A DNA stretch of 64,000 nucleotides from Eledone cirrhosa (Eukaryota): positions 17,236,001-17,300,000 of the forward strand of contig OZ024758.1 in the NCBI GenBank assembly GCA_964016885.1. The letters are read 5' to 3'. Under the pieces are notes generated by a model, which saw only the letters and a program-made list of their open reading frames with translations, did no database searches and was not told the DNA's origin. Positions 13,462 to 26,587 of the stretch are shown here, one piece after another. The stretch's first letter is position 1. Every line of letters starts with the position of its first letter. Both the position numbers and the translations under genes were made by a program.

Positions 13462-13800
13462 GGCTTAGTGGTTAGAGCATTGGGCTTGCAATCGAAAGGT
13501 TGTGAGTTCAATTCTCAAACCGGGTGATGTGTTGTTTCCTTGAGCAAGACACTTTGTTTCACATTGCTCCAGTTTACTCAGCTGTAGAAATGAGATGATA
13601 GGGACTGGGGTCCATATCATTCCACTATAAAGTGGATGTGTAGGCACCACGGAAAAAAAAACACCCACCACTCACTGTAAATGAGGTTGGTGTTAGGAAG
13701 GGCATCCAGCTGTAGAAATCAAGCCAGATTCAGTTCCCGTCCCACCCTTGCAAGCAGGGAAAAGCGGACGTAAAATGATGATGATGATGATGATGATGAT
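13462..13800 (+). mobile_element. tRNA/CORE-type SINE with RTE-derived 3' tail
   Basis: A box GGCTTAGTGG, B box GAGTTCAATTC, CORE-like TCCTTGAGCAAGACACTT..CTCAGCTGTAGAAATGAG, then GTTGGTGTTAGGAAGGGCATCCAG..CGGACGTAAAA(TGA)n as in the LINE 3' end. Confidence 0.85.
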
Positions 13801-14268
13801 GTATATGTGTGTAAGTATGTAAGTATTGCCATGTAATTGCACTTTTGTTTTGTCTTGATAATAACTTTGTTTCTATTTGTTACATTTCTAACATTATCTT
13901 TGACTTTTTCAATTTTCCACTATTTCTATATTACTTGTATTATTTTTGCTACAATTGTTATTGTAATAATTACTTGTATATATTTTCTACTGAGTATCTG
14001 CATGACAAAATCTGTAATATGCAATTCAACCTAACTGTAATTGATGTTTACACTCAAATGAAAAATAGATTACTGATGCAACTCTTGTCAGTTGAAGCAT
14101 AAATATCAGTGGGGGCATTTGCATTTCATGTGGTCTACATTTGCTTAACCTTTTACATATGAAACTTCATGAAACTTTCTCCCTGGTTCTATGATACACA
14201 GCTGTTCGTTTTATGGTGTTTATATTAATTTGAAAGATGCCAACATAATTTTATGTAAGAAACTTTAT

Positions 14269-15545
14269 TTAACCTGTTGATTGCTGCATATATTTTACAC
14301 AGCTACAGTTGCTGTGCTGTTTGTTTAACCTGTTGACATCTGTGTATATTTTACACAGCAACAGTTGCTGTGCTGTTTGTTTAACCTGTTGACTTCTGTG
14401 TATATTTTACACAGCTACAGTTGCTGTGCTGTTTGTTTAACCTGTTGACTTCTGTGTATATTTTACACAGCAACAGTTGCTGTGCTGTTTGTTTAACCTG
14501 TTGACTTCTGTGTATATTTTACACAGCTACATTTGCTGTGCTGTTTGTTTAACCTGTTGACTTCTGTGTATATTTTACACAGCTACATTTGCTGTGCTGT
14601 TTGTTTAACCTGTTGACTTCTGTGTATATTTTACACAGCTACAGTTGCTGTGCTGTTTGTTTAACCTGTTGACTTCTGTGTATATTTTACACAGCTACAG
14701 TTGCTGTGCTGTTTGTTTAACCTGTTGACTTCTGTGTATATTTTACACAGCTACAGTTGCTGTGCTGTTTGTTTAACCTGTTGACTTCTGTGTATATTTT
14801 ACACAGCTACATTTGCTGTGCTGTTTGTTTAACCTGTTGAATGCTGTGTATATTTTACACAGCTACAGTTGCTGTGCTGGTTGTTTAACCTGTTGACTCC
14901 TGTGTATATTTTACACAGCTTCAGTTGCTGTGCTGTTTGTTTAACCTGTTGACTTCTGTGTATATTTTACACAGCTACATTTGCTGTGCTGTTTGTTTAA
15001 CCTGTTGACTTCTGTGTATATTTTACACAGCTACAGTTGCTGTGCTGTTTGTTTAACCTGTTGACTTCTGTGTATATTTTACACAGCTACATTTGCTGTG
15101 CTGTTTGTTTAACCTGTTGACTTCTGTGTATATTTTACACAGCTACATTTGCTGTGCTGTTTGTTTAACCTGTTGAATGCTGTGTATATTTTACACAGCT
15201 ACAGTTGCTGTGCTGTTTGTTTAACCTGTTGACTTCTGTGTATATTTTGCACAGCTACATTTGCTGTGCTGTTTGTTTAACCTGTTGACTTCTGTGTATA
15301 TTTTACACAGCTACAGTTGCTGTGCTGTTTGTTTAACCTGTTGACTTCTGTGTATATTTTACACAGCTACAGTTGCTGTGCTGTTTGTTTAACCTGTTGA
15401 CTTCTGTGTATATTTTACACAGCTACATTTGCTGTGCTGTTTGTTTAACCTGTTGAATGCTGTGTATATTTTACACAGCTACAATTTCTGTGCTGTTTGT
15501 TTAACCCGTTGACTGCCGTGTATAATTTACACAGCAATAGTTGAT
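14269..15545. repeat. 56-bp tandem minisatellite (~22-23 copies)
   Basis: Unit TTAACCTGTTGACTTCTGTGTATATTTTACACAGCTACAGTTGCTGTGCTGTTTGT; period measured from 14341 to 14397. Confidence 0.97.
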
Positions 15546-15754
15546 GTGCCATTTTTTTTATTCAGTAAAATGACTATTTTTTTAAAATAAACATTTATTA
15601 ACAACATATATCTGAATGATTGACAAATGTCACATCAATAAACTAGTAACCCCATCTAGCTTTGAAGTTATAAAATGTTGGAAAAGATTTCAAACATTTT
15701 AGGAAAAGTTATCTTGTCTGTGGCACTGAAGAGGTTATGTTATGTTATGTTCCA

Positions 15755-16290
15755 GGCATCATCATCATTATCATCATTGTTTAACATCTATTTTCCACCC
15801 TAGTGTGAGTTAGACAGGTCAACCCATTAGAGGCAAATTGAGTCAGGTGACAGTGTGTTGCTCATATAGAACTGTTTCTAATAAGATTTTTACAGCTGGA
15901 TGCTCTTCCATATTTACAGCATGGGCTGGGTGCTTTTTTCTCATGACACCCACAAACACCACTTTACAGCATGGCCTGGGTGCTTTTTTGTCTTGACACC
16001 TACATGACCACCTTACAGTGTAGACAGTGCTTTTCGTCGTGACACTTACATGAACACGTTACAGTATGGACTGGGTGATTTTTGTTGTGACACCAATACA
16101 ACTACTTTATAGTATGGACTGGGTGCTTTTTGTCGTGACACCAACACAACCACTTTACAGTATGGGCTGGGTGCTTTTTCTCATGTCACCCACAAACACC
16201 ACTTTACAGTGTGGGCTGGGCGCTTCACATTATGACACCTAAGCGACCACTTTACAGTGTTGGCTGGATATATTTTGTTTACAGTGTAAG
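15755..16290 (-). mobile_element. RTE 3' UTR-related element with an internal ~47-bp tandem array
   Basis: (CAT)n end, CTGGATGC motif and repeated GACTGGGTGCTTTTTGTCGTGACACC..ACCACTTTACAG units. Confidence 0.75.
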
Positions 16291-16534
16291 GGTGGTGTGG
16301 ACAGAAGTGTGTGGATAGGTTTAATAATTAAAGAGTTAACTATGATACAAATTCCATTCATATTGTTGATGATTTACAAAATTATTTGAAAATAATATGT
16401 AATGTTTTTTTATTAGAAACGTAACATAAGAGTTAACGTAAAAAACTGTTTGATGTCCCCCCCTAAAATAAAATATAATCTATGTTTTACTTCTTTTACT
16501 GGCAATCATGGAGGATGAATGATGATAAAAAACA

Positions 16535-16637
16535 AAGTTAACCTTGGCAGGATTTGAACTCAGAACATAATGGGCCATAGCACTATGCTTCAAAGCATGG
16601 TATCTGACGCTCTACGGATACTGCCGAACCACCGCCC

Positions 16638-16689
<52 letters not shown>

Positions 16690-16875
16690 TTTCTACTTTT
16701 GGCACAAGGCCAGCAATTATCCCAGTGCATTACTGGTACTTTATTTTATTGACCCACGTACCGATGAAAGGAAAAGTTAACCTCGGCGGGATTTGAACTC
16801 AGACCATAAAGGGCCGTAACTCTATGCTGCAAAGCATGCATAGTGTCCAAACCTCTACTGATACTGCCAATCCAA
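16535..16875 (-). mobile_element. Two SINE family A copies separated by (AAT)n
   Basis: GGATTTGAACTC (reverse B box) occurs twice, with the conserved body. Confidence 0.8.
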
Positions 16876-17609
16876 TAATAATAATAATAATGTTGTCCTC
16901 TTCATCATCATCACCACCATCATCACCACCATCACCATCACTGTTTAACGTCCATTTTCCACGCTAGCATTGGTATAAACAATAACAAAAAAGAATATGA
17001 TGATGGTGGTGGTGGTGGTGGTGGTGATGATGATGATGATGATGGTAGTGGTGATGATGAGGAGGAGGAGGATGCGGAGGAGGATACGGAAGGAAACAAA
17101 AAACAAAAAAACAAAAGAACAAAATGAATATATTCAGTTAAAGATATAAACAAAATAAAGAAAGAACTGATAAAAAGAAGAAAGGGGAGATAAACAGAAT
17201 GAAAATAAAGAAAAAAAAACAGACTAAGAAAAAACAAAAAAGAAAAATATAAAACATTACCTTTGACTACAAAAATATTTTAGTTTTCATTTTGTTGTTT
17301 TGTTTTGTTTTTTGGTGATTTTTGGTATTTTTTTGTGAATTTTTTTGTGAATAATTTTGTGATATTTTTAGTGATTTTTGTTGTTGTTGTCTTTTTAAGA
17401 AGATCTAGAATGTTCTTCTTAATTAGTCAATTAGTAGATTTGGGTTATGAACAATCTAGCTATAAATTTGTATATAATTCTATTAGATGTTGGCTTCTGG
17501 CATTATACCATATCTGAAATAACTGTTATTTTGGCAGAAGGAAATCGTACAGAAGTCTGCGTGGATAGGATTTTGAGAAGAAATCATATGATAGTTAATC
17601 AATAGGTGT

Positions 17610-18201
17610 TATATATGTATGTATATATATATATATAAATATATATATAAATATATATGTGTGTGTGTGTGTATATATAGATATTTTTATATGTATATAT
17701 TTACTGATATATATATATTTATGTATTTATATATATATATTTATGTATTTATATATATATATATACATATTTATGTATTTATATATATATATATATTTAT
17801 GTATTTATATATATATATATATATTTATGTATTTATATATATATATACATATTTATGTATTTATATATATATATACATATTTATGTATTTATATATATAT
17901 ATATATATATTTATGTATTTATATATATATATACATATTTATGTATTTATATATATATATATATATTTATGTATTTATATATATATATACATATTTATGT
18001 ATTTATATATATATATATATTTATGTATTTATATATATATATACATATTTATGTATTTACATATATATATAGTAATAATAATATTTTAATAAATATATAT
18101 ATATATATATATTTATGTATTTATATATATATATTTATGTATTTATATATATATTTTTTTTAATGTATTTATATATGTATATATTTATATATATATTTAT
18201 G

Positions 18202-18249
<48 letters not shown>

Positions 18250-18741
18250 TATATTTATATATATATATATATATATATATTAATATATTTATATATATAT
18301 ATATATTAATATATTTATATATATATATATATATTTATGTATTTATATATATATATATTTATGTATTTATATATATATATATTTATGTATTTATATATAT
18401 TTATGTATTTATATATATTTATGTATATATATATATATATTTATGTATATATATATATTAATATATATATATATATTAATATATATATATATATATATTA
18501 AACCTAAGGGCAGCAGCAACAAACTCCCTCCTACACCAGTGGCCAACCTATACAGGCTGGAGATAAAATGTGTAGCAACAAGGGCGGTGCCCCAGCATGG
18601 CCTCAGCCGGATGGCTGAAACAGGTAAAAGAGTAAAAGAGTAATATATATATATATATTTATATATATTAATATATATATATATATTAATATATATATAT
18701 TTATATATATATTTATATATATATATATATATGTATATATT

Positions 18742-18779
<38 letters not shown>

Positions 18780-18793
18780 TATTTATATATATA

Positions 18794-18883
<90 letters not shown>

Positions 18884-18915
18884 TATATATTTATATATAT
18901 TTATATATATATATA
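17610..18915. repeat. Complex (TA)n / TATTTATG microsatellite with an embedded retroposon 3' tail (18500-18645)
   Basis: Direct reading. The tail GTGCCCCAGCATGGCC..GGCTGAAACAGG(TAAAAGAG)2 also occurs reversed at ~9570-9625. Confidence 0.9.
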
Positions 18916-19282
18916 ACTCGTGAATTTATCCTTGATCGGATATTTCCAAAAAGCGAATGAAAACTCATGGGGTAGAAACATAATTTAGGTATGCTTATAT
19001 ACATTTTTTCTTCTAACTTTGATTTTATACCTAATTGTGTATGGTTGACGATATATTTAATCGATTTCCATGTGCTATTAGAAATGCTGGGTAAATATTC
19101 TATAGCTGTTGATCGCAGATAGATACATGTCATTTATTTATCTATTATTTCTTCATAGGTGCCTTTTAATCTTATAGCCTTGTTTAATTGTTTTTTTGTG
19201 TGGTTGATTATGCTGATTGGGAGAGGAGATGATGTATATATTTTATCAAATGATTCTATGGACATACTTTATTGTATATATA

Positions 19283-19322
<40 letters not shown>

Positions 19323-19324
19323 AT

Positions 19325-19700
19325 TCACCATCATCAGGTCGAGCTTGCTCGGCTTTCTACGACACATTTCCTCCATCGACCTCTGTCTCTCATAGCCTTT
19401 GCCAGTTCTGCCACAATGCATCCAGTATCATCCTCAAGTTGCTTGACGTATGTCTTCTTGGGACGACCAGTGTTTCTTGCTCCATGAGATGGACTCCATA
19501 ACAACACATCACCTGCTATTTCTTCCTTGCTGCGCCAACAGTGACCAGCAAATCTGAGTCTCTGTCCACGTATTGACCTGCTGATAGGTGGTATATTGCC
19601 ATAGAGATCCTTATTTGTTGGGTGTTCCCTCCAAGACACGTTTAAAGCAGCACGGAGCATATGTGTGTATGCCCCGTCTAGCTTTTTCTCCAGTTTCGAC
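19325..19700 (-). pseudogene. 5'-truncated RTE-type LINE 3' end (second family)
   Basis: KLDGAYTHMLRAALNVSWREHPTNKDLYG..RLRFAGHCWR..GRPKKTY..DRGRWR, ending in a TGATGA tail; inserted in (TA)n. Confidence 0.85.
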
Positions 19701-19724
19701 GTTATATATTTATATATATATATT

Positions 19725-19757
<33 letters not shown>

Positions 19758-20195
19758 ATATATTATATATGATGATGATATGTTTATATATGTGTATGTG
19801 TACAAACGTGATGATATGTGTGTATGAAGTGTGTGAAATATGTTAATATTTACATTTATGAATCTGAAATATTTCTGTTATGTCAGAGATCAAGAATCTT
19901 TCCAATCTGAAGAGCCATTTTTATTTTCCAGAAATTATTGAAGATCACAGCTCTAACATGTGGCTAGAATGTCTCAGGATTGAACCACTGGACGGATTTT
20001 ATGGGCAAAGCTAACTGGCTTAAGACCAATGGGTAGACCACGAGCAAGATGGCTTCATAAAATCCATGAGTTGGGCTGGGGATCTAGCGGGATCAATTGG
20101 AACACCCACTTTTTATGTTATTAATTTTTGCCTTCTTTTCTTTGTTATATTTTTTCTTTTTGCTATTCTTGTATATTATTTTAGTTTATTTCAAG

Positions 20196-20510
20196 TACAA
20201 GAGCAAGCTGAAAAGTTCATAGACTGACTATGAAGGTGTGATGCTTGGGTTGTTAAATCTTGGATGCATTAATTTCAACTCTTCTTATTAATAACTGCAT
20301 TGTTTCTTTCCAGGGACTATGTTGAAAAGTAAACCACATTTGATCATTCAATGAGAGTATTTTGATCAGCCTATGAAGGAGTGATGCTAGGGCTTTGAAA
20401 TCTTTCATGTATTAATTTCAAATCTTCTTATCAATAACTGCATTATTTCTTTCCAAGGTCTATGTTGAAAAATAAACCTCATTAGGTCATTCAATTAGAC
20501 TCTAAATGCA
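20196..20510. mobile_element. Degenerate mariner-like MITE with internal duplication
   Basis: TACAAGAG..CTGAAAAGTTCATAGACTGA terminus; a ~145-bp segment is repeated (about 20228 and 20371). Confidence 0.5.
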
Positions 20511-20639
20511 ATATCATTCTGTATTTCATTGGTCAACAATGATGTCACTGAATGAGCCAGTTTCATAACAATAAAACTGCTACCCACTCCAATGGTCTAA
20601 TATTTCTCTGGGAGAAATCAACTGACCAAGATAGACTAA

Positions 20640-21128
20640 TCATCATCATCATTGTTTAACATCTATCTTTCACGCTAGCATGGGTTAGACGGGAATTGTC
20701 CTACTTGAGGCAAGATTAGTTGGGTGCCTGTGTCTCACTCGTATAGGACTATCTGGCAGGTTTTCTACAACTGGATGCCCTTTCTAACACCAACCACATT
20801 GACTGGGAGCCTTTTTACCGTGTTACCTACACGGCCACATTACAGAGTGGGCTGGGAGCTTTTTACCATGTTACCTACACAACCACATTACAGCGTGGAC
20901 TGGGTGTTTTTTTGTCATGACACCTACACGACCACATTACACCGTGGACAGGGAGCTTTTTACCATGTTACCTACAGAGCCACATTACAGCGTGGGCTGG
21001 GTATTTTTTTGTCATGACACCTACACAACCACATTACAGCGTGGACAGGGAGCTTTTTACCATGTTACCTACACGGCCACATTACAGCGTGAGCTGGGTG
21101 TTTTTGTGTCGTGACACCTACACAACCT
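20640..21128 (-). mobile_element. RTE 3' UTR-related element with an expanded ~48-bp array
   Basis: Same motifs as the LINE 3' UTR; CCACATTACAGCGTGG units are repeated about 7 times. Confidence 0.8.
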
Positions 21129-22192
21129 CATATAATTGTATAATATGTAAATGATTATGACAGACAAGATAGGAAAAATATTCATCCAGAAATATTGACC
21201 ATTCGTTAAAGAAAGAACTGGTCAGACATTTGGCAGAAACTGATGTCACATTCAAAGAATAATCTAAGAATAAACCTATCGACACTCTATTTACTAGATG
21301 CCACCACTTCAAACAAAAAGTTCTCATCAAATAAGAAAAACTTTCATGCATAAAAGATCTGTTGAAAATATCTTCAAGTGGTTTGTCAAATTCAGAAGTT
21401 CTGATTTCTTTTAAGTTAGCATCAATGAAATGTCTTATATCAATTTTGGCTGAAATTTTATTTACCTTGTTATTCTTTGGATCAATAAATTTGTTATTGT
21501 AGTTCATATTTCTTTATATATATGTATATATATGTGTGTATATGTATATAAATGTGTGTATATGGATATATATATATATATCTACATATATATTATACAT
21601 ATGTACACACACACATATATATACATATATATATATGTGTGTACATATATATTCACACACATATATATATATGTATGTATTTATATACATATGTAAACAC
21701 ACACACATATATGTAAACACACACACACACACACATATATGTAAACACACACACACACACATATATATATATGTAAACACACACACACATATATATATAT
21801 ATATGTATACACACATACAAACACAGGTAAACAAATATATTGGATAATACAGATTGTTTCCTGTGACAGATTTTTCTGACCGATTCACCAGACAATTCTC
21901 CTCTTATGGAATATATCGGAAGTATTCTGGAAGAACATAAAATGAATGAAAGCAGAAATTTGGAGTCGGGATAATAATATCAGTTCCTGACGGGGGAGGA
22001 AGACTCCCCTGAATTATTGGAGGTCCTCTTTGAATATCTTACCAAATATTTGCAAAATATATTTATACACACACAAACATACACACTTGCATGTAAATGG
22101 AACAACATACATGCATATATATATACATATATATTTATATATATGTGTGTATATAATATATATCTGTATATATTATATATATCATCATCATC

Positions 22193-22385
22193 AGGGCAGT
22201 GGATTGGCAGTATTGGTAGAGGGTTGGACGCCATGCTTTGACGCATAGAGTTACTGCCCTTGCCATTCTAAGTTCAAATCCCACCGAGGTTAACTTTGCC
22301 TTTCAAACCTTATGGGGTCGATAAAATAAATTACCAGTAATACACTGGTTAATTGCTGGCCTTGTGCCAAAAGTAGAAACAATTA
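22193..22385 (+). mobile_element. SINE family A, full length
   Basis: AGGGCAGTGGATTGGCAG head, B box AGTTCAAATCC, tail GGCCTTGTGCCAAAAGTAGAAACAATTAT. Confidence 0.85.
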
Positions 22386-22889
22386 TATATATCATCATCA
22401 TCATCATCATCGTTTAACGTCTATGTACCACGCTAGCATGGGTTAGACGGGAATTGTCCTACTTGAGGTAAGATTGATCGGGTGACGATGTCTCACTCGT
22501 ATAGGACTGTATCTGGCAAGTTTTCTACGACCGGATGCCCTTCCTAACTCCAACCACATTTACAGTGTGGACTGGGAGCCTTTTTACCATGTCTCCTACA
22601 TGAGCACATTACAGCGTGGACTGTATATCTGTATACATATAAAATGTTAACAAGAATGATAAAGTGTCGTTTACATGTATTTAGATTTTTATTGTATATC
22701 GACCAGTTACATGCGTTTTGCTGAGGATTGGTTCAGGGTCACCATTAGCAGTTATAGACCCAACTACATTATCGATTTCCTCTTCTGACTAGCGATGCAA
22801 TAAAAAGTAAAGCTTTTGTTGCAATTTGGGAGATCATGTGTGTATATATATATAATAAATCTATCTATATAATATATCAATATCTATCT

Positions 22890-23103
22890 ATAAATGTGAA
22901 GATTAAAATCCAAAGAGGGCTCGATAAGGATAAATATGTACCAAATATATAAGAACCATAGAGCAAATATTTATTAAAATAACAGATTAAAGTTTAAGCA
23001 AAGAATCACTGTTTTCACCCTTAATTGGATCTTCAGAAGATCCTGTTAAGGGTGAAAGCAGCGATTCTTTGCTTAAAATTTAATCTGTTATTTTAGTAAA
23101 TAT
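22890..23103. repeat. (TA)-flanked fold-back repeat, Penelope-like tail family (also at 7755-7830 and 42160-42390)
   Basis: ~68-bp inverted arms centred near 23034; shared segment AATGTGAAGA.TAAAATCCAAAGAGGG..GATAAGGATAAAT. Confidence 0.7.
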
Positions 23104-23289
23104 CTATCTATCTATCTATCTATCTATACAAATATATATATATATAGAGAGAGAGAGAGGGGATTATTAAATAAAGTGTAAGTGTAAAATGTGTATAGAG
23201 CAAAGGGGGGGGGGACTTCAAAGGAAGAGAAGGTTGAGTTGGATTTGAGAAAAAAAAACGTGTGTATTCAGTCTCACAATTTCTCTCTC

Positions 23290-23332
<43 letters not shown>

Positions 23333-23334
<2 letters not shown>

Positions 23335-23680
23335 TTTCATTCATTTTCATTTCATTTTACGTCCGCTTTTCCCTGCTTGCAAGGGTGGGACGGGAACTGA
23401 TTCTGGCTTGATTTCTACAGCTGGATGCCCTTCCTAACACCAACCTCATTTACAGTGAGTGCTGGGTGCTTTTTTGCCGTGGCACCTCCACGACCACTTT
23501 GCAGTGGAATGATATGGACCTCAGACCCTATCATCTCATTTCTACAGCTGAGTAAACTGGAGCAATGTGAAATAAAGTGTCTTGTTCAAGGAAACAACAC
23601 ATCACCCGGTCTGAGAATTGAATTCACAACCCTTCGATTGCAAGGCCAATGCTCTAACCACTAAGCCATGTGCCTCCATA
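23333..23680 (-). mobile_element. tRNA/CORE SINE with RTE-derived tail
   Basis: Reverse-complement homolog of 13462-13800. Confidence 0.85.
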
Positions 23681-25374
23681 ATATATATATGTTTTTGTCA
23701 CATCACCAGGGTGAAGAGCAGATCAATAATGGAGTCAGATCTATAACTCCTATGGGTGACCTTGAGCCAATTCTCTGAGAAAAACGCATAATAGGTTGAT
23801 ATACAATAAAAATCTTAAACATGCAAACGAAACTTCCTCATTTTTGCTAATATATACACTTTGTTGGTGCCATAGAGTGCTTGTTTTGGTACAACCTTCA
23901 GTAATACACTACATCACCTACATTATATATATATATATATATATTTATATATTTAATACAATAACAGAGATAGTTTAAAGCTAAACTCTGACTGGTAACC
24001 ATCTCACTCAACAAACATTAGGTTATATTAAAATATAAACCCAATTTAAGTGTTTGGGGTGCTAACAATATGTATAATGTGGAAAAACCAGTTGTATTAT
24101 TTTATGAGATATAATTAAAGTTAAAGTACATCTCTCTTTCCAAACAATTGTTTCATTATAAGTTTTCTACAAAATTTGGGAGAATGTTTCCAGTTTATGT
24201 AGAAGCCTATATTTATATATATATGCAAAAGTTCTATTTAAAATTGTTGGGATACAACAAGTAAATATTTTTATAACTGATATAAAGCACTCGACAAGTA
24301 TTTGGAGTAGATATACGATATTAATAAATGGAAACTATATTTATAGTTTCCATTTATTAATATCGTATATTTATATATATATATTTATATATATATATAT
24401 TTATTTATTTAATGTAGAAATGGCTTCTACCGAATGAAACAGTTCTAGTCCTGTTGAAGCCATTTCCATATTAAATATTTATATTCTGCTATGTATTGAG
24501 AACTTTACTTACTGTGGTTAACACCGATTGAACCCAGGATAAATATAAATATATATATATATATATATTAATATTTATATACACTGTAAAGTGGACGTGT
24601 AGGCGCCACGAAAAAGCACCCAGCACTCACTGTAAATGAGGTTGGTGTTAGGAAGCGCATCCAGCTGTAGAAATCAAGCCAGATCAGTTCCTGTATGAGC
24701 AAGGCATGGTCAGCCGACCAGACACTGCACACAACAGGACAACCCGTCTAACCCATGCTAGCGTGGAAGAACGGACGTAAAACGGTGATGATCATGATGA
24801 TGATGATACACACATACGTGGTTTATAGATATACATAAATATTTTTATATCAATATATGTGTCTGTGCATGTATGTGTGTATATGCACATTAATATGTGT
24901 GTGTACATGTGTGTATATGTGTGTGCATGTGTTTGTACACGTGCATTATTGTCTGTAATTTATAATATAGGAAGTAAAAGTAATATCGAAAGAATAAATA
25001 GTGTTAAGGAACAAAGTTCACTAAGGAGAGCTTTGGCTAAAAAACAAGCAATGAGGAAAACGTTTGACAACAAAAGACAATTATAGATATAACTGGTCCA
25101 ATTGAAAGATTGTAAGCAACAGATCTTCTGTTGTAGCAAGTGTCTATAAGTACAGTCAATAGATAGTAAGAAGTTAGACAGTAAATAAAACAAAATTACT
25201 ATCACTTTGTTTGTAGTAGATTCTCTGTGTCTGAAATAATAATACTATAGGACTCTATCATAGATAAATTGAGACATTGTTTTTCTTTATAAAGGATTTA
25301 CTTAATGAGTTGTTACACTACAGATAGGAAATGAATCTTTATCTTTTAGTGAATTATGAAGAGGAGAAGATAAT

Positions 25375-25560
25375 AATTGTTTTTACATTTGGCACAATGC
25401 CAGCAATTATCCCAGTGCATTACTGGTACTTTATTTTATTGACCCCGTAAGGATGAAAAGCAAAGTTAACCTCGGTGGGATTTGAACTCAGAATGGCAAG
25501 GGCCGTAACTCTATGTGTCAAAGCATGGTGTCCAACCCTCTACCGATACTGCCAATCCAC
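25375..25560 (-). mobile_element. SINE family A
   Basis: Conserved head, body and tail in reverse orientation. Confidence 0.85.
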
Positions 25561-25819
25561 AGGAGAAGACAATAATGTGGAAGTTACCAGACATTCTCGC
25601 ATATATGAGGTTGGGCTGGAAAGTTCATAGCTGGTGATGGTGGTGATAGTTGTAGTGGGAGTTGTGGTGGTGGTGGTAGTAGTTGTAGTGATGGTGGTGG
25701 TTGTGGTAGTAGTTGTAGTGGTGGTGGTGGTGGTGGTGGTGTTGGTGTGCAACAGCAGCTGTAAGTCAGTACATAATTACAATTCAACAGCAAAGATCTG
25801 ATAGGATTCTGACGAATGA

Positions 25820-26260
25820 TATGCTTGAAAGTTAGTATGAAATTTTGGATTCAATGTAGATGAAAAACTCTCATATCTTCTTCAGCCAGACAGAAACTGA
25901 ACATAAATAATTACTGTTGTAAAATTCTGTTAACTTTCTGCATTCAAACTTACCATGTAATGTTTGTAGAAACCAGATGTTATCTTAATAGAGAGGAAAA
26001 TCTAAAAAAAGTCTAGATAGTTGATATATAAGATCACAGAAAAGTATACACTATACAGTAACAACTTGAAAGTATTGGAATCAGTAGTTATTTGATTTGG
26101 CCAGAAAATTGAGAATATTCTGAGATATGTGTAGGAAAGATGTTCTTGTTGTCATAGAAACAGAATGAGTAACTAAGGAAAAATAGGTATTCATGACACC
26201 TGACATAGAAATTTTGTATTTGAGACTAGGATAGTGAAGTCGTTACAGAATCTTGAAACA
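25820..26260 (+). pseudogene. Highly degenerate R4/Dong-like restriction-endonuclease fragment
   Basis: Broken-frame peptides KPDVILIERK..IVDI, LEKY and DLARKLR..VLVVI resemble the RPD..D..K.KY..VPVVIG pattern. Confidence 0.4.
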
Positions 26261-26395
26261 TGGCTCAGGTGGGGAGTAATCTTTGTGGAATTCTGTAATC
26301 ATCATTATCATCACAACCAGAGTATTAACCATTGAGTGTTTACATTACTCTATATTTACTATTATATATGCGCAGTAAATATAATAGTAAATATA

Positions 26396-26587
26396 GGACG
26401 GTGGATTGGTAGTATCAGTAGAGGGTTGGACGCCATGCTTTGCAGCAAAGAGTTACGGCCCTTTTTGGTCTGAGTGTAAATCCCGCCGAGGTTAACTTTG
26501 CCTTTCATCCTTACGCGGTCGATAAAATAAAGTACCAGTAATGCACTGAGTAATTGCTGGCCTTGTGCCAACAGTAGAAACAATTAT
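26396..26587 (+). mobile_element. SINE family A
   Basis: Conserved head, body and tail. Confidence 0.85.

Noticed and set aside
13462-13545. tRNA gene
   Set aside because: A and B boxes are present but there is no complete cloverleaf, and the sequence runs directly into a multi-copy SINE body. The same applies to family A heads.
14269-15545. CRISPR-like array
   Set aside because: Units are head-to-tail with no unique spacers, there are no cas genes, and the context is eukaryotic. The same applies to 5150-5745, 48070-48710 and 60311-61192.
17619-18916. Tyr/Ile-rich ORFs
   Set aside because: Translations of (TA)n microsatellite.
23425-23664. Recurrent small ORF MPFLTPT... suggesting a peptide gene family
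   Set aside because: It is the antisense reading of the SINE/LINE 3' UTR repeat, and the frames are not conserved beyond the repeat similarity.
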